A stretch of 64,000 bases of DNA from an uncultured Bacteroidota bacterium. Lineage in GTDB: Bacteria > Bacteroidota > Ignavibacteria > Kryptoniales > JAKASW01. The stretch is from the NCBI GenBank assembly GCA_963704305.1, contig OY969888.1, positions 3,627,247 through 3,691,246 of the forward strand, read 5' to 3'. The position numbers and the translations under genes were made by a program. Positions 38,468-49,123 of this stretch are shown piece after piece. Under the pieces are notes generated by a model. It was given only the letters and a program-made list of their open reading frames with translations, did no database searches and had not been told where the DNA came from. Position 1 is the stretch's first letter, and each line of letters begins with the position of its first letter.

Positions 38468-40663
38468 ATGAAACAAGTTGTTCAGAACATGAAGTCGGGC
38501 GAGCTGACAGTTGACAAAGTTCCAGCTCCAGCGATCAAGTCAGGTGGAATCCTTGTCAAGAATCATTTTTCCCTGATCAGTGCCGGTACTGAAAAGAGTT
38601 CCGTTGACCTCGGAAAGATGAACATGCTTCAAAAGGCGCGTTCGCGACCCGAGGACGTGAAAAAAGTCTTGCAGGAAATAAAACAGACCGGCTTCCTCGC
38701 AACCTACAGAAAGGTGATGTCGAAGTTAGATTCCGGAAAACCTCTGGGATACAGCAGCGCCGGTATTGTGCTGGCAGTCGATCCTTCCATTACCGAGTTC
38801 AAAGTTGGAGATCGAGTTGCCTGCGGCGGAGTAGGATATGCGAATCACGCCGATATTATTTTTATTCCCAAGAATCTTGCGGTGAAAGTCCCGCATGAAG
38901 TTGGCCTCGATGAGGCAGCTTATACGACTGTAGGTGCGATAGCAATGCAGGGAGTAAGGCAGGCTCAACCCACTCTCGGAGAAATCGTTGCCGTCATCGG
39001 ACTTGGTCTCGTTGGATTGTTAGCAGCTCAGATTCTCAAGGCAAACGGGTGCAGAGTCTTCGGTGTGGACGTTGATCCGAGCAATGTCGAGCTCGCGAAG
39101 AAGTTGGGCGTCGATAGAGCGTGTGTGAGATCTGCAGACGTTCGGTCGCTTGTGTACTCCTTCAGTGAGGGTTACGGTGCTGATGCCGTCGTGATCGCTG
39201 CAGCCACAAAGTCGAGCGACCCCGTTTCCCTCGCCGGCGAGATTGCAAGGGACCGGTCGCGTATCGTCATGATTGGGGCCACGGGGATGAATATTCCGCG
39301 CCCACCCTATTACATGAAGGAACTTGAGTTTAAACTTTCGCGCTCATATGGGCCCGGCAGATATGATCCCGGCTACGAAGAGAAAGGCAACGACTATCCC
39401 ATCGGGCATGTTCGCTGGACCGAGAACAGGAACATGAAGGAATTTGTGCATCTGCTCGCAGATAGGAAGTTGGATGTAAGATCTCTTACGACTCACCGCT
39501 TCTCCATCGATGCTGCAACGCAAGCCTACCAACTCATCAGCGGAGAGCGAACCGAGAAGTACGTCGGAATTCTTCTCGAATATGAAAAGGAAAGCGCGGA
39601 GGTAAGAGGCAAAGCTGGAGAAATCAGAAGCGGCAGCAAAAGTGAGCCGACGCTACGAACGGAGAGTTACAAGAATAATCCTTTGACCGTTGGCTTCATC
39701 GGTGCGGGGAGTTTTGCACAAGCAAATCTTCTTCCAATTCTGAAAGCCACGCCGAACGTAGTTCTTGACACAGTGTGTACTGCTTCCGGAGTCAGCGCAA
39801 GGTCGGCGCAGAGACAATTTGGATTCACATCGGCTTCAACAGATCCTGGAGAAATCTTCTCGAGAGATGAGATTGGTACGGTTTTCATAGCCACCCGTCA
39901 TAATCTACATGCCTCTCTCGTTGTTGCTGCGCTTCGCGCGGGAAAGAATGTCTTCGTTGAGAAACCGCTGGCATTGAATGAAGAGGAGCTTGTTTCACTC
40001 GGACAATTCTACCGGGCAAGCGATGAAAAGGACACACCAGCACTAATGGTAGGATTCAACCGCAGGTTTGCTCCGCTGACTGTCGCGCTCAAGGAGTTTT
40101 TCATCGATAGCGGTGATCCTCTCGTAATCAATTATCGGATTAATGCCGGCTACATACCGAAGAATCACTGGACACAGGACCCGGTTGAAGGGGGCGGAAG
40201 AATTATCGGCGAGGTGTGCCATTTTGTTGACCTGATCCAGTTCCTTTCCGGTTCGAAAGTGAAGAAAGTTTACGCTGAATCCATTTCCGGCAATAGTTCC
40301 GAATTGATTAATAATGACAATGTGAATATTACACTAGGAATGAAAGATGGCTCCCTTGGCGTTATTACATATATTGCAAATGGAGACACTGCACTTCCTA
40401 AGGAGAGAATCGAAGTTACGTCAGGAGGGCGAGCAGGTATCATAGACAATTTTCAGCGCGCACATTTCTACGAGAATGGAAAGGAGAAGAAGATCGGAAC
40501 AGGGAAGATTGACAAGGGCATCGCAAATGAAGTCAGAGCTTTCATGCGGTCTGCAAGTTCCGATCGACATTCGTTGATCACTTTCGATGAGCTCATTAAC
40601 ACTACGCTAACCACTTTCAGAATTTTAAGCTCGCTTTCTGTCGGTGAGCCTGTTATCTTGTGA
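38468..40663 (+). CDS. Bi-domain oxidoreductase (MDR dehydrogenase + Gfo/Idh/MocA)
   Basis: SLISAGTE, GLGLVG, SRSYGPGRYD, RWTENRN; then GFIGAGSF, VFVEKP, VGFNRRF, GEVCHF. Confidence 0.88.
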   Translation: MKQVVQNMKSGELTVDKVPAPAIKSGGILVKNHFSLISAGTEKSSVDLGKMNMLQKARSRPEDVKKVLQEIKQTGFLATYRKVMSKLDSGKPLGYSSAGIVLAVDPSITEFKVGDRVACGGVGYANHADIIFIPKNLAVKVPHEVGLDEAAYTTVGAIAMQGVRQAQPTLGEIVAVIGLGLVGLLAAQILKANGCRVFGVDVDPSNVELAKKLGVDRACVRSADVRSLVYSFSEGYGADAVVIAAATKSSDPVSLAGEIARDRSRIVMIGATGMNIPRPPYYMKELEFKLSRSYGPGRYDPGYEEKGNDYPIGHVRWTENRNMKEFVHLLADRKLDVRSLTTHRFSIDAATQAYQLISGERTEKYVGILLEYEKESAEVRGKAGEIRSGSKSEPTLRTESYKNNPLTVGFIGAGSFAQANLLPILKATPNVVLDTVCTASGVSARSAQRQFGFTSASTDPGEIFSRDEIGTVFIATRHNLHASLVVAALRAGKNVFVEKPLALNEEELVSLGQFYRASDEKDTPALMVGFNRRFAPLTVALKEFFIDSGDPLVINYRINAGYIPKNHWTQDPVEGGGRIIGEVCHFVDLIQFLSGSKVKKVYAESISGNSSELINNDNVNITLGMKDGSLGVITYIANGDTALPKERIEVTSGGRAGIIDNFQRAHFYENGKEKKIGTGKIDKGIANEVRAFMRSASSDRHSLITFDELINTTLTTFRILSSLSVGEPVIL

Positions 40664-40706
40664 CCTGATAGTTTTCAGCATCGATTTATTATTGATCGAG
40701 GAGGAC

Positions 40707-41393
40707 ATGAACATAAGTGATGCCAATTGCCGGCTCGCCTCCGGTCGATTAGGCGTAAGGGGACCGTCAAAGGTGATCTACATTAAGTGCTTCGTCCTGT
40801 TTTCATTTGCACTTTCTCTTTCATTCCAGAATGCAAGTGCGCAGGACTTTTCAGTGAACGCGGGAATTGGATTGGAATATTACAATACTCCTTCCCTGTC
40901 CAGGTATCTTTCCGCGAGAACCGGAGGCGTGACTCCTGGAGTATATACTACATCGGTCCAACTGGAAGCCGGCGCCGAATATTTCATTTTAAACGACTGG
41001 CTCGTGGGAATCGAATACGGCTATCTACCAAGTCAAAGCACAGGCAACGGCTACCAGATTAGTTATTCCTATTCGCTCCCTTGCTTGACAATTAGGAAAG
41101 TTCTTGCAGGAGATAATTATTATCTGAGAATTGGTGGGGGGATTGGCTATCACTTTTTCTCCCTAAATCAGACCGATCCCTATGGAGGCAATATAGCTTA
41201 TTCTTCGAGTGGCATCGGCTTGAAATTCGATGCCGCTCTTGACTCAAAATTAGGAGAGAACTTCTATGCACGAGTTGAAGGCGATGCGCACGCGGAGTTC
41301 ACTGGCAGCTTCAAATCAGTAGATAATGGAACACATTACAGCAGCAATCTTTCGGGGGTCGGGGTCACTTTTGGTTTAGTCTATTACTTTTGA
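40707..41393 (+). CDS. Probable outer-membrane beta-barrel protein
   Basis: GAGGAGG RBS, signal peptide (ASA-QD), amphipathic strands, C-terminal GLVYYF. Confidence 0.65.
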   Translation: MNISDANCRLASGRLGVRGPSKVIYIKCFVLFSFALSLSFQNASAQDFSVNAGIGLEYYNTPSLSRYLSARTGGVTPGVYTTSVQLEAGAEYFILNDWLVGIEYGYLPSQSTGNGYQISYSYSLPCLTIRKVLAGDNYYLRIGGGIGYHFFSLNQTDPYGGNIAYSSSGIGLKFDAALDSKLGENFYARVEGDAHAEFTGSFKSVDNGTHYSSNLSGVGVTFGLVYYF

Positions 41394-41417
41394 AAAAACA
41401 CAAATTGATGGAGCAAT

Positions 41418-42239
41418 ATGAGCCTATCCATTGAAAGCATAATACTTGGTATCATACAGGGATTGACCGAATTCTTGCCCGTGAGCAGCACGGCGCATCT
41501 TGTTATAATCCCCGAACTTTTCAAATGGAATTCACCTCTGCTTAACAGCCTCACCTTCGATGTCGCACTGCATACTGGAACACTCCTTGCTGTCGTGGCG
41601 TATTTCTTCCGGGATGTGGTCGAGTTAATATCGGGCTTCTTCCGCGGCCTGGCAAAAAGGAATTTTAATGCTGATCCACGGACAAGATTATCGATCCTGG
41701 TTTTCTTGGGGACGATTCCGGCAGGGGTGTTAGGTGTTTTATTGGACAAGTGGGTAGAAGACCAATTCAGAACGCCGGCGGTGCTTGCTACGAGCATGGT
41801 AGTAATTGGTGTCCTGATGTGGTATGCAGAACGGGTTGCTACTCGAATAAGACGCACTGAGAGCATGTCCATAAGAGATGCTTTGATCGTCGGGCTCTCT
41901 CAGGCCCTTGCATTAGTCCCCGGCACTTCTCGCTCGGGAATAACAATCTCCTCAGGCCTTCTCCTCGGTTTTCAACGTGAAGACGCGGCACGTTTCTCGT
42001 TTCTACTTTCCATACCGGTTATTGCGGGTGCAGCATTCGTGAAATTGAGAAGCTTTGTGCATGGAATTCCGAGTAATGAAATTGCACCCATCTTACTCGG
42101 AACTCTGTTCTCCGCCATCTTCGGCTTCCTATCAATAAAGTATTTCATGAAATATCTGCAGCGTCATACTCTGAACGTGTTTGTTTGGTACAGATTCTTA
42201 TTGGCGGCTGTGATCGTAATTTTCATTTACATCATTTGA
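41418..42239 (+). CDS. uppP: Undecaprenyl-diphosphate phosphatase
   Basis: GIIQGLTEFLPVSSTAH, PGTSRSGITI, ARFSFLLSIP. Confidence 0.96.
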   Translation: MSLSIESIILGIIQGLTEFLPVSSTAHLVIIPELFKWNSPLLNSLTFDVALHTGTLLAVVAYFFRDVVELISGFFRGLAKRNFNADPRTRLSILVFLGTIPAGVLGVLLDKWVEDQFRTPAVLATSMVVIGVLMWYAERVATRIRRTESMSIRDALIVGLSQALALVPGTSRSGITISSGLLLGFQREDAARFSFLLSIPVIAGAAFVKLRSFVHGIPSNEIAPILLGTLFSAIFGFLSIKYFMKYLQRHTLNVFVWYRFLLAAVIVIFIYII

Positions 42240-42246
42240 GGACAAG

Positions 42247-42798
42247 ATGAAATCACTCTTCTTGATTCTAACAACTTCCCTGCTCATTTGGGGATGCAGC
42301 TCGAAAGGGAAAAACGTGATCCTCGAAACAAGCTACGGAACAATTGAGATCAAATTATATGACGACGAGGCACCGGTTCACAGCGAAAACTTTCGCAAGC
42401 TTGTCATCCAAGGCTTCTATGACAGCCTGCAATTCCATCGCATCGTTCCCGGTTTTGTAATTCAGGGCGGAGACCCAAACACCAGGACTGCTGACAAACT
42501 GAGTTACGGAGAAGGAGGACCGGGTTACACACTACCCGCAGAAATAGGAAAGCTGCATCTTAGGGGCTCCGTTGGTATGGCGCGCGAAGGCGATCAAGTG
42601 AATCCTCAACGCAGATCCAGCGGGAGCCAGTTCTACATTTGCATTCAGAACCTACCACGCCTCGATGGGAAGTACACGGTCTTTGGAGAGGTCGTGAAAG
42701 GCATGGATGTTGTCGACAAGATTTCGCAACTCCCACGGGACGAAAGAGATGTACCACTAAAGCCTGCCTATATTCTGAAGGCTTACGTAGAGAAATGA
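42247..42798 (+). CDS. Cyclophilin-type peptidyl-prolyl isomerase, lipoprotein
   Basis: Lipobox IWGC; FHRIVPGFVIQGGDP, SGSQFYI, LDGKYTVFGEV. Confidence 0.92.
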   Translation: MKSLFLILTTSLLIWGCSSKGKNVILETSYGTIEIKLYDDEAPVHSENFRKLVIQGFYDSLQFHRIVPGFVIQGGDPNTRTADKLSYGEGGPGYTLPAEIGKLHLRGSVGMAREGDQVNPQRRSSGSQFYICIQNLPRLDGKYTVFGEVVKGMDVVDKISQLPRDERDVPLKPAYILKAYVEK

Positions 42799-43811
42799 GT
42801 GACTTCAAGAAATTCTCCGCTGCAATAAAGAAGAAAGATTTCGGAAAGGTTTATCTGATTTATGGCAGCGAGGATTATTTCGTTTCAAAGGCTGTCGACT
42901 TGCTCATAGAGAGCGTCGTGGAACCTGAACAGCGGTCTTTTAACCTTGATATATTCGACGGAAGCGAAGCGACCTCCGAAGATGTACTCTCGTCCGTACT
43001 GAGCTTCCCCTTTGTCGGCAAATACAGGTTGACAGTTATAAGGCGTTTCGACAAGATGGAGAGAAAATATCGCGTGGATGTTGCCGAGCACGTTTCCAGC
43101 TTGCCCGAGTCCAGCATTCTCTGTCTCGTCGCTGGAGAGATAAAGACATCTGAAGAAACGTATAAGAAGATTTCCTCGTTTGCAGACACAATCTCGTTCA
43201 ACAGGCTGAAGGGCACGGATCTCACTGACTTCATGAAAGAAACTGCAAGCTCGCTGGGCAAAGAACTCGGAGATGGGGCGCTCGATCTTCTTCTTGATTT
43301 AGCCGGCGACTCCGCAGGAGATCTGGCTTCGGAACTTGAGAAGCTTGCGATGTATGTCGGCGAAAGAAAAAAGATTGAAGTCGACGATGTTGGGACCGTG
43401 GTTGGAAAGTCCAGGGCCTACAATATATTTGAGCTGCAGCGAGCGATCGGGCAAAAGGATGCGAGGCGTGCCCAGGAAATTGCAGACAAGATGTTGGAGA
43501 CGGGCGAGAAACCTGTGTACCTGACTTTCATGCTTACCCGTTACTTTTTGAATCTTCTTAGAGTGAAACATCTTCTCCGAAAAGGCGCAAGTACAAATGA
43601 TATCTCTTCAAACATATTCGGAAGATGGAATCCATTCATAAACGAATACACTTCAGCGGCTCGAGCTTATTCAATTTACGAGATTAAGAATGCGATGAGC
43701 GTGTTGCTAGATGTCGATTCCAAATTGAAAAACGGCGGCTATAAGGACGCCGATGCAATCATGTTGCTCGTTTCAGAGATACTCAACAACGGGGTTCCTC
43801 GAACTACTTAG
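42795..43811 (+). CDS. holA: DNA polymerase III delta subunit
   Basis: VYLIYGSEDYF, FNLDIFDG, ELEKLAMY, YNIFEL; start placed at ATG 42795, overlapping the upstream stop. Confidence 0.88.
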   Translation: MSDFKKFSAAIKKKDFGKVYLIYGSEDYFVSKAVDLLIESVVEPEQRSFNLDIFDGSEATSEDVLSSVLSFPFVGKYRLTVIRRFDKMERKYRVDVAEHVSSLPESSILCLVAGEIKTSEETYKKISSFADTISFNRLKGTDLTDFMKETASSLGKELGDGALDLLLDLAGDSAGDLASELEKLAMYVGERKKIEVDDVGTVVGKSRAYNIFELQRAIGQKDARRAQEIADKMLETGEKPVYLTFMLTRYFLNLLRVKHLLRKGASTNDISSNIFGRWNPFINEYTSAARAYSIYEIKNAMSVLLDVDSKLKNGGYKDADAIMLLVSEILNNGVPRTT

Positions 43812-43871
43812 CGGCCGGGAATATGGAAACATCTCTCCCGGCAATGTCTTCATCCGAACCTTCAAACTGTG

Positions 43872-44333
43872 TTACGGGCTTTCAGTCGCGTTCTCCGATT
43901 TGATAACAGGTTCCTTTCTTGAAAGCACTGCCAGCGTCAGCCGACTTATGCAAACGAGTCGTTGCCTCTCATCCTCTATCCTGATCTCCCACACTTGCGT
44001 TTTACTTCCGACATGAATGGGACGGGCCGTCCCGTAGACAAATCCGCTGCTCACCCGCCTGATGTGATTTGCGTTTATCTCGAGTCCGACGCAATACTCT
44101 CTCTCGGGATCGAGCGTCAATATCCCTGCAATGCTGCCAAGCGTTTCCGCCAGCGCTGCGGATGCACCACCGTGGAGTATACCGTACGATTGAACCGTTC
44201 TGTTATCGACAGGCATTTTCCCTTTGAGGTAGTCGCTACCGACCTCTGTGATTTCAATACCGATGCGCTCGGCCATCGTCTTTTTACCCAACCCATTTAA
44301 GAAGTCTACACTCACATCTTTGAAGAGGGACAT
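43872..44333 (-). CDS. Hotdog-fold thioesterase (MenI/YdiI-like)
   Basis: QSYGILHGGASAALAETLGS, GLEINANH, TQVWEIRI. Confidence 0.9.
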   Translation of the reverse strand: MSLFKDVSVDFLNGLGKKTMAERIGIEITEVGSDYLKGKMPVDNRTVQSYGILHGGASAALAETLGSIAGILTLDPEREYCVGLEINANHIRRVSSGFVYGTARPIHVGSKTQVWEIRIEDERQRLVCISRLTLAVLSRKEPVIKSENATESP

Positions 44334-44410
44334 AGTTATTCCTAAACTGCCTTAGATTTTTTTGATTCCGTCAAACCGACTATTTACTCTTGCTCTGCTC
44401 AGATCGTATG

Positions 44411-46870
44411 CTATCTCTCGACCCACGATTTCAGTCCTAACGAGAATGACGGTGCTGATATGATCCAACCATTATCAAATGCGACAGCATCGACAAGGTT
44501 TGTCATTTCTATGTTGTTAGGCGAGATAACGTCCTTAGCAACTTTCCAGCTGCTGTCCGTTTTCAGAGTATCATCTCCTATTTGCGCGAAGACATTGCAG
44601 CCGGCTGAACCATGCTCGTCGTAGTTAGCAGCCTCAATCACGAACGTGTTGTCTCCACTGTGGAGGAATTTCGTGATGTCAAATAGCTTCACTCTTTTCA
44701 CCTCAACATCCAACGTCAGTGTACGTCTCGCCTCCACTTCACCGACATATTCCCCATTTATGAATAACTTGCAGTAAGTATCACCGATTAATTGTAGCGT
44801 TGACTGTTTGGGCACCCCTGAGAGATGAATCGTTTTGACGAAAGTCGCTGAATCTACCTTCGAACCCTCACGGTTGTACGGACGGCTGCCGGGATAATAG
44901 ATGAATTGTGAATCGAGAAGCTGGTCGAATGTGCAATCGCCAGCAAGAAGCTTTTCGGTTCCCGCTTCGAGAGCCTTCTCCTGATCGTCGAACCGAGACT
45001 CCAGCAGCTGAAGCATCGGATACCGGTTTGTACGCAGATACAGCTTCGTATACTCTCTTCTTGATTCCGCAAGTTCGTTCAGCAAGGAGTTCTTCAAAAA
45101 GTTGATTCGATCCTTTTTCATTTGATTGTTCATAAGACTGTCAGAGCAGACATTTCGCATTTCATTGACATCAACAACTCTGTCAGCCCAATATTGATTG
45201 AGCCGCGCCACCAAGTCATAGATGTCGAGTATATCCTTGTTTGCTTTGACAACCTTGCGCGCCTCTCCGATAAGAGAGCGGATTTCGGGCATCGACGACA
45301 GTATGCTGGATGTCCGCAGAGGAACACTGTAATTGATTTTGTCGATGTATGGCGCCAGCCAGAACTCGTACCAGTTTATTTGATTGGATGTCGAACTCAA
45401 CATTTGATAGATGATGCGGGGCAAATCAGAATTGGTATTGAAGTATTGGTTGAAGAAGGTGTTCTCAAATCTTTCGGCTGATGGATCGGAGGGATTCCAA
45501 GCACATTGGGCACCCCACGCATAACCTGGATAGTTCAGTTCGCGGAGCTCGGCGCCACCGTTATCATTCCATGTTGATACGATTACTCCGGCTGCTCCCG
45601 CTTTGTAGCCTTGCTGGACGAAATACTGGATGTTAGCGTAACTGTTATAAAAACTCGGGAATGGTCCGGTGAAATTCCAAACCGCCGGCGAAACCACGAA
45701 CCTAAAACCGGACTGTCTAAATATCCGGACACTTGGATAATCGAAAGTCGCACCGTAATGCCAGTCAACGATCGTGATATCCTTCGGGATCTCGGAGAGT
45801 ATCGCCTGATTTTTCAAAATTATGTCGCCGTACATTATCACTTCTTTTCCAAGTGACTTCAAAATGTCGTAGACCCTCTTGTAGTATTGTGCATGCGCCT
45901 GGTCGATCCCGATAGAATCCACGAGGTGCTTGCTCCGACCCAATCCGACATCGAAACTTTCGTCCGCTGCCATGTTGAAGTACTTGCTTGAAAATGCGGG
46001 TGCGATATCGGAAAGGAGGTTCTTCATGAACACGTACGTCGATTCATCGGAAACACTGACGCATGTGGCTCCCGGAAATTCGGCATACTTCTCGAATTCA
46101 GGTTTCTGCAATACGTCTTCCATGTGACCGAGCGTCTCAAAAATTGGTATGATATCAACATGGTACAGTCGTGCATAGTCGTCAAGCTCCTTTATCTCTG
46201 CTGCCGTTAGCGGTGCCCGGCCTTCGCTGAAGGCAGGATAAGATTTGAAGTCGAATTCATTTTCAATGTATGGCATATAGACATCCATCTTATACATTGC
46301 TATGAACCTGATGATCTTTTTGAAGTTCGCTGTCGTAGAGATCTGTCCCCGACTTATGTCGTCACTAATTCCACGCACTTGCATAGATGGATAATCAGCT
46401 ATCGTCGTGGTCGGAATACTGTAGCCGCGTTTTCCCTTTTCGATGAGCTGAAGCAGGGTTGTCGCGCCATAGAAGATACCGGTCCTGCTCTTTGCGAGAA
46501 GGGTTATCTGTCTGCCTTTCGTACTAAGGAAATATCCGCCGTCAGATGACATGATGCTGTCTCTGATTTCCGGGGGAACGTCGTGTTCGAGCAACTTATC
46601 GCTGTCGACAAGTCGAGCGTCCAGCGTTATCGTGTTTGAGCCCGGTATCTCGCCTTCGACGAAGTTCTTTCCGAAGTATCTGGAAAGTTCAATCGACGTC
46701 CCGCTGTCTCTTGCTTCGTTTGTGAAATTTCCGACAAGCTTTACGAATTCGATTTTTGTATTGCTCTGGCGGACAAATTTTGGTGTCGGCAGAACGCGGA
46801 CTTCCGCCGTGATAGGTGATGCTATGATTGTCAGAGCCATAAGTTGTATCAGTAAGTTATTTCTAATCAT
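44411..46870 (-). CDS. Secreted GH20-family beta-N-acetylhexosaminidase-like protein with C-terminal beta-sandwich
   Basis: GIFYGATTLLQ, DYPSMQVRG..DISRG, ETLGHM, ADES catalytic pair; start 46870 or 46900. Confidence 0.85.
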   Translation of the reverse strand: MIRNNLLIQLMALTIIASPITAEVRVLPTPKFVRQSNTKIEFVKLVGNFTNEARDSGTSIELSRYFGKNFVEGEIPGSNTITLDARLVDSDKLLEHDVPPEIRDSIMSSDGGYFLSTKGRQITLLAKSRTGIFYGATTLLQLIEKGKRGYSIPTTTIADYPSMQVRGISDDISRGQISTTANFKKIIRFIAMYKMDVYMPYIENEFDFKSYPAFSEGRAPLTAAEIKELDDYARLYHVDIIPIFETLGHMEDVLQKPEFEKYAEFPGATCVSVSDESTYVFMKNLLSDIAPAFSSKYFNMAADESFDVGLGRSKHLVDSIGIDQAHAQYYKRVYDILKSLGKEVIMYGDIILKNQAILSEIPKDITIVDWHYGATFDYPSVRIFRQSGFRFVVSPAVWNFTGPFPSFYNSYANIQYFVQQGYKAGAAGVIVSTWNDNGGAELRELNYPGYAWGAQCAWNPSDPSAERFENTFFNQYFNTNSDLPRIIYQMLSSTSNQINWYEFWLAPYIDKINYSVPLRTSSILSSMPEIRSLIGEARKVVKANKDILDIYDLVARLNQYWADRVVDVNEMRNVCSDSLMNNQMKKDRINFLKNSLLNELAESRREYTKLYLRTNRYPMLQLLESRFDDQEKALEAGTEKLLAGDCTFDQLLDSQFIYYPGSRPYNREGSKVDSATFVKTIHLSGVPKQSTLQLIGDTYCKLFINGEYVGEVEARRTLTLDVEVKRVKLFDITKFLHSGDNTFVIEAANYDEHGSAGCNVFAQIGDDTLKTDSSWKVAKDVISPNNIEMTNLVDAVAFDNGWIISAPSFSLGLKSWVER

Positions 46871-47062
46871 CGGGGACCCTCTGAAATTTGTTATACGCAT
46901 TCACGGGAGTTGGATTCAACAAATTAAGCTACCACATACTTCTGCATCTATTAATTTATTCATTCGCTTCCGGTGGAAGGAAGAAAAGAGTCAGATGATA
47001 CCTTTCCTGTCATCCAAGATTGCCTCGCGACGACAAGGTGAGTCGCCGCTTGACGGTAGGTA

Positions 47063-48211
47063 TCATTTTAGATCCAGAACTTCCCGTGCGATGACTATAT
47101 GCTGGATCTCGGAAGTGCCCTCGTATATTTCAGTTATCTTTGCATCCCTCAGGTATCGTTCGACCGGGAAGTCTTTGAGGTATCCATAGCCACCATGGAT
47201 TTGAATTGCCTCAAGGGCGGAATTCACAGCTACTCTGGATGCGAACAGCTTTGCCATGGCAGCTTCCTTCGTAAAGCGTTCACCGCGGTCTTTCTTCAAC
47301 GCTGCGTTTAATGTAAGGAGATGTGCTGCCTCGATGTTTGTGTGCATTTCGGCGAGCTTGAACTGTATCGCCTGAAATTCATAAAGAAGCTGGTCGAATG
47401 CTTTTCTCTGCTTCACATACTTCAATGATGCGTCAAGCGCCGCACGAGCAATTCCAACTGCTTGCGCTGCAATTCCAATTCGTCCTCCGTCTAGTGTCAT
47501 CATGGCAAACTTGAAACCGAAGCCTTCATCACCGATACGATTCTCGGTCGGCACGCGACAATCCTGAAATACTATCTGGGCGGTGTCTGAACTTCGAATT
47601 CCCAGCTTGTGCTCCTTCTTTGAAACTGCAACTCCCGGGAATTTCTTCTCGACGATGAAAGCGCTTACGCCGCGTGCCCCCTTCGTTTTGTCGGTGGTTG
47701 CCATCACGAGAAGAATGTCGGCATTTGCACCGTTTGTAATGAAATTCTTGGTGCCATTCAGAACGTAGCAGTTGCCGTCATGCACTGCAACGGTCCGCTG
47801 GTTCACGGCGTCGCTGCCTGCCTCCGGCTCGGACAGACAGAAAGCGCCAAGCTTATTTCCTGACGCAAGAGGTATCAAGTACTTCTCCTTTTGTGAAGGG
47901 GTACAGAATTTCTCGATCCCCCAGCAAACAAGGGAATTATTCACGCTCATGATTACTCCAGCAGATGCGTCAGCTCTGCTGATCTCTTCGAGAGCGAGGA
48001 CGTAACTTACGGTATCGAGTCCGGCGCCGCCATATTCGTGAGGAACCATCATCCCCATGAAGCCAAGTCGCGACATCTTCCTTATTTCGTCAGATGGAAA
48101 CTGTTCTTTTTCATCCCGTTCGGCCGCCCCTTTTGCAAGTTCGTTATCCGCAAAATCGCGAGCGACTTCCTTGATCATAGTTTGTTCTTCCGTGAAATCG
48201 AAATCGGCCAT
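47063..48211 (-). CDS. Acyl-CoA dehydrogenase (butyryl-CoA type)
   Basis: FCLSEPEAGSD, GTKNFITN, LDGGRIGIAAQ, QIHGGYGY, EIYEGTSEIQ. Confidence 0.95.
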   Translation of the reverse strand: MADFDFTEEQTMIKEVARDFADNELAKGAAERDEKEQFPSDEIRKMSRLGFMGMMVPHEYGGAGLDTVSYVLALEEISRADASAGVIMSVNNSLVCWGIEKFCTPSQKEKYLIPLASGNKLGAFCLSEPEAGSDAVNQRTVAVHDGNCYVLNGTKNFITNGANADILLVMATTDKTKGARGVSAFIVEKKFPGVAVSKKEHKLGIRSSDTAQIVFQDCRVPTENRIGDEGFGFKFAMMTLDGGRIGIAAQAVGIARAALDASLKYVKQRKAFDQLLYEFQAIQFKLAEMHTNIEAAHLLTLNAALKKDRGERFTKEAAMAKLFASRVAVNSALEAIQIHGGYGYLKDFPVERYLRDAKITEIYEGTSEIQHIVIAREVLDLK

Positions 48212-48253
48212 TGCATCTCTCCTGTTTTGAGTAATCGTGCTTCGAACTAAAAT

Positions 48254-49120
48254 CTATGCCTGTCGTAATTCGTAGGTGTAGAAGCCCCTGCCGGATTTTC
48301 GGCCGAGATAGCCGGCTGCCACCATCTTTTTGAGAAGTGGGCAGGGCCTGTATTTCTGATCACCCGTTCCATGAAATAGCACGTTCAGTATGTCGAGACA
48401 AACGTCAAGTCCGATCAAGTCTGCAAGTGCAAGAGGTCCCATCGGATGATTCATTCCGAGCTTCATGACAGTATCGATGGATTCTGCCGAAGCGACGTTT
48501 TCCATCACGCAGAAGACCGCTTCATTTATCATCGGCATCAAAATACGATTTGACACAAAGCCGGGATAATCCTGGACCTCGACGGGAACCTTGTCGACCT
48601 TGTAAGCAAGATTTCTTACAGTCTCATATGTTTCGTTGGACGTTGCAATCCCGCGGACAATTTCGATCAGCTTCATTACCGGAACGGGATTGAAAAAATG
48701 CATGCCGATCACCTTGTCCGGTTTTGATGTCGATGCGGCGAGATCAGTTATTGAGATGGAAGAAGTGTTGCTCGCCAGGACAGCTTCCTGCCTGCAAATA
48801 TCGCTCAAAGTGTGAAAGAGATCCTTTTTGACTTTGAGGTTTTCGGTCGCTGCTTCAATGACGAAATCCGCGTCTCGGACACCACTTTCGAGTGAAGTCG
48901 ATTGCGTTATCCTACTCAAAGCCTCATTCTTCTGTTCTTCTGAAATGATGCCTTTGCCTAACTGCCTGTCCATATTATGTCGGATATATCCCATTCCCCT
49001 TTCCACCGCATCTCGCCTCACATCGATCAGGTTAACATTGAACTTTGCGAGCGATAAGACATGAGCGATTCCATTCCCCATCGTCCCCGCTCCGATAACT
49101 CCAACGTGACTAATTTCCAT
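48254..49120 (-). CDS. hbd: 3-hydroxybutyryl-CoA dehydrogenase
   Basis: GAGTMGNG, ASNTSSISIT, GMHFFNP, PMGPL. Confidence 0.93.
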   Translation of the reverse strand: MEISHVGVIGAGTMGNGIAHVLSLAKFNVNLIDVRRDAVERGMGYIRHNMDRQLGKGIISEEQKNEALSRITQSTSLESGVRDADFVIEAATENLKVKKDLFHTLSDICRQEAVLASNTSSISITDLAASTSKPDKVIGMHFFNPVPVMKLIEIVRGIATSNETYETVRNLAYKVDKVPVEVQDYPGFVSNRILMPMINEAVFCVMENVASAESIDTVMKLGMNHPMGPLALADLIGLDVCLDILNVLFHGTGDQKYRPCPLLKKMVAAGYLGRKSGRGFYTYELRQA

Positions 49121-49123
49121 TCT

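Noticed and set aside
42639-42794. N-terminal extension of holA (likewise dacB 14141, 40644 and 57150)
   Set aside because: Overlaps the upstream gene or lacks similarity; downstream starts fit the family N-termini or have better initiation contexts
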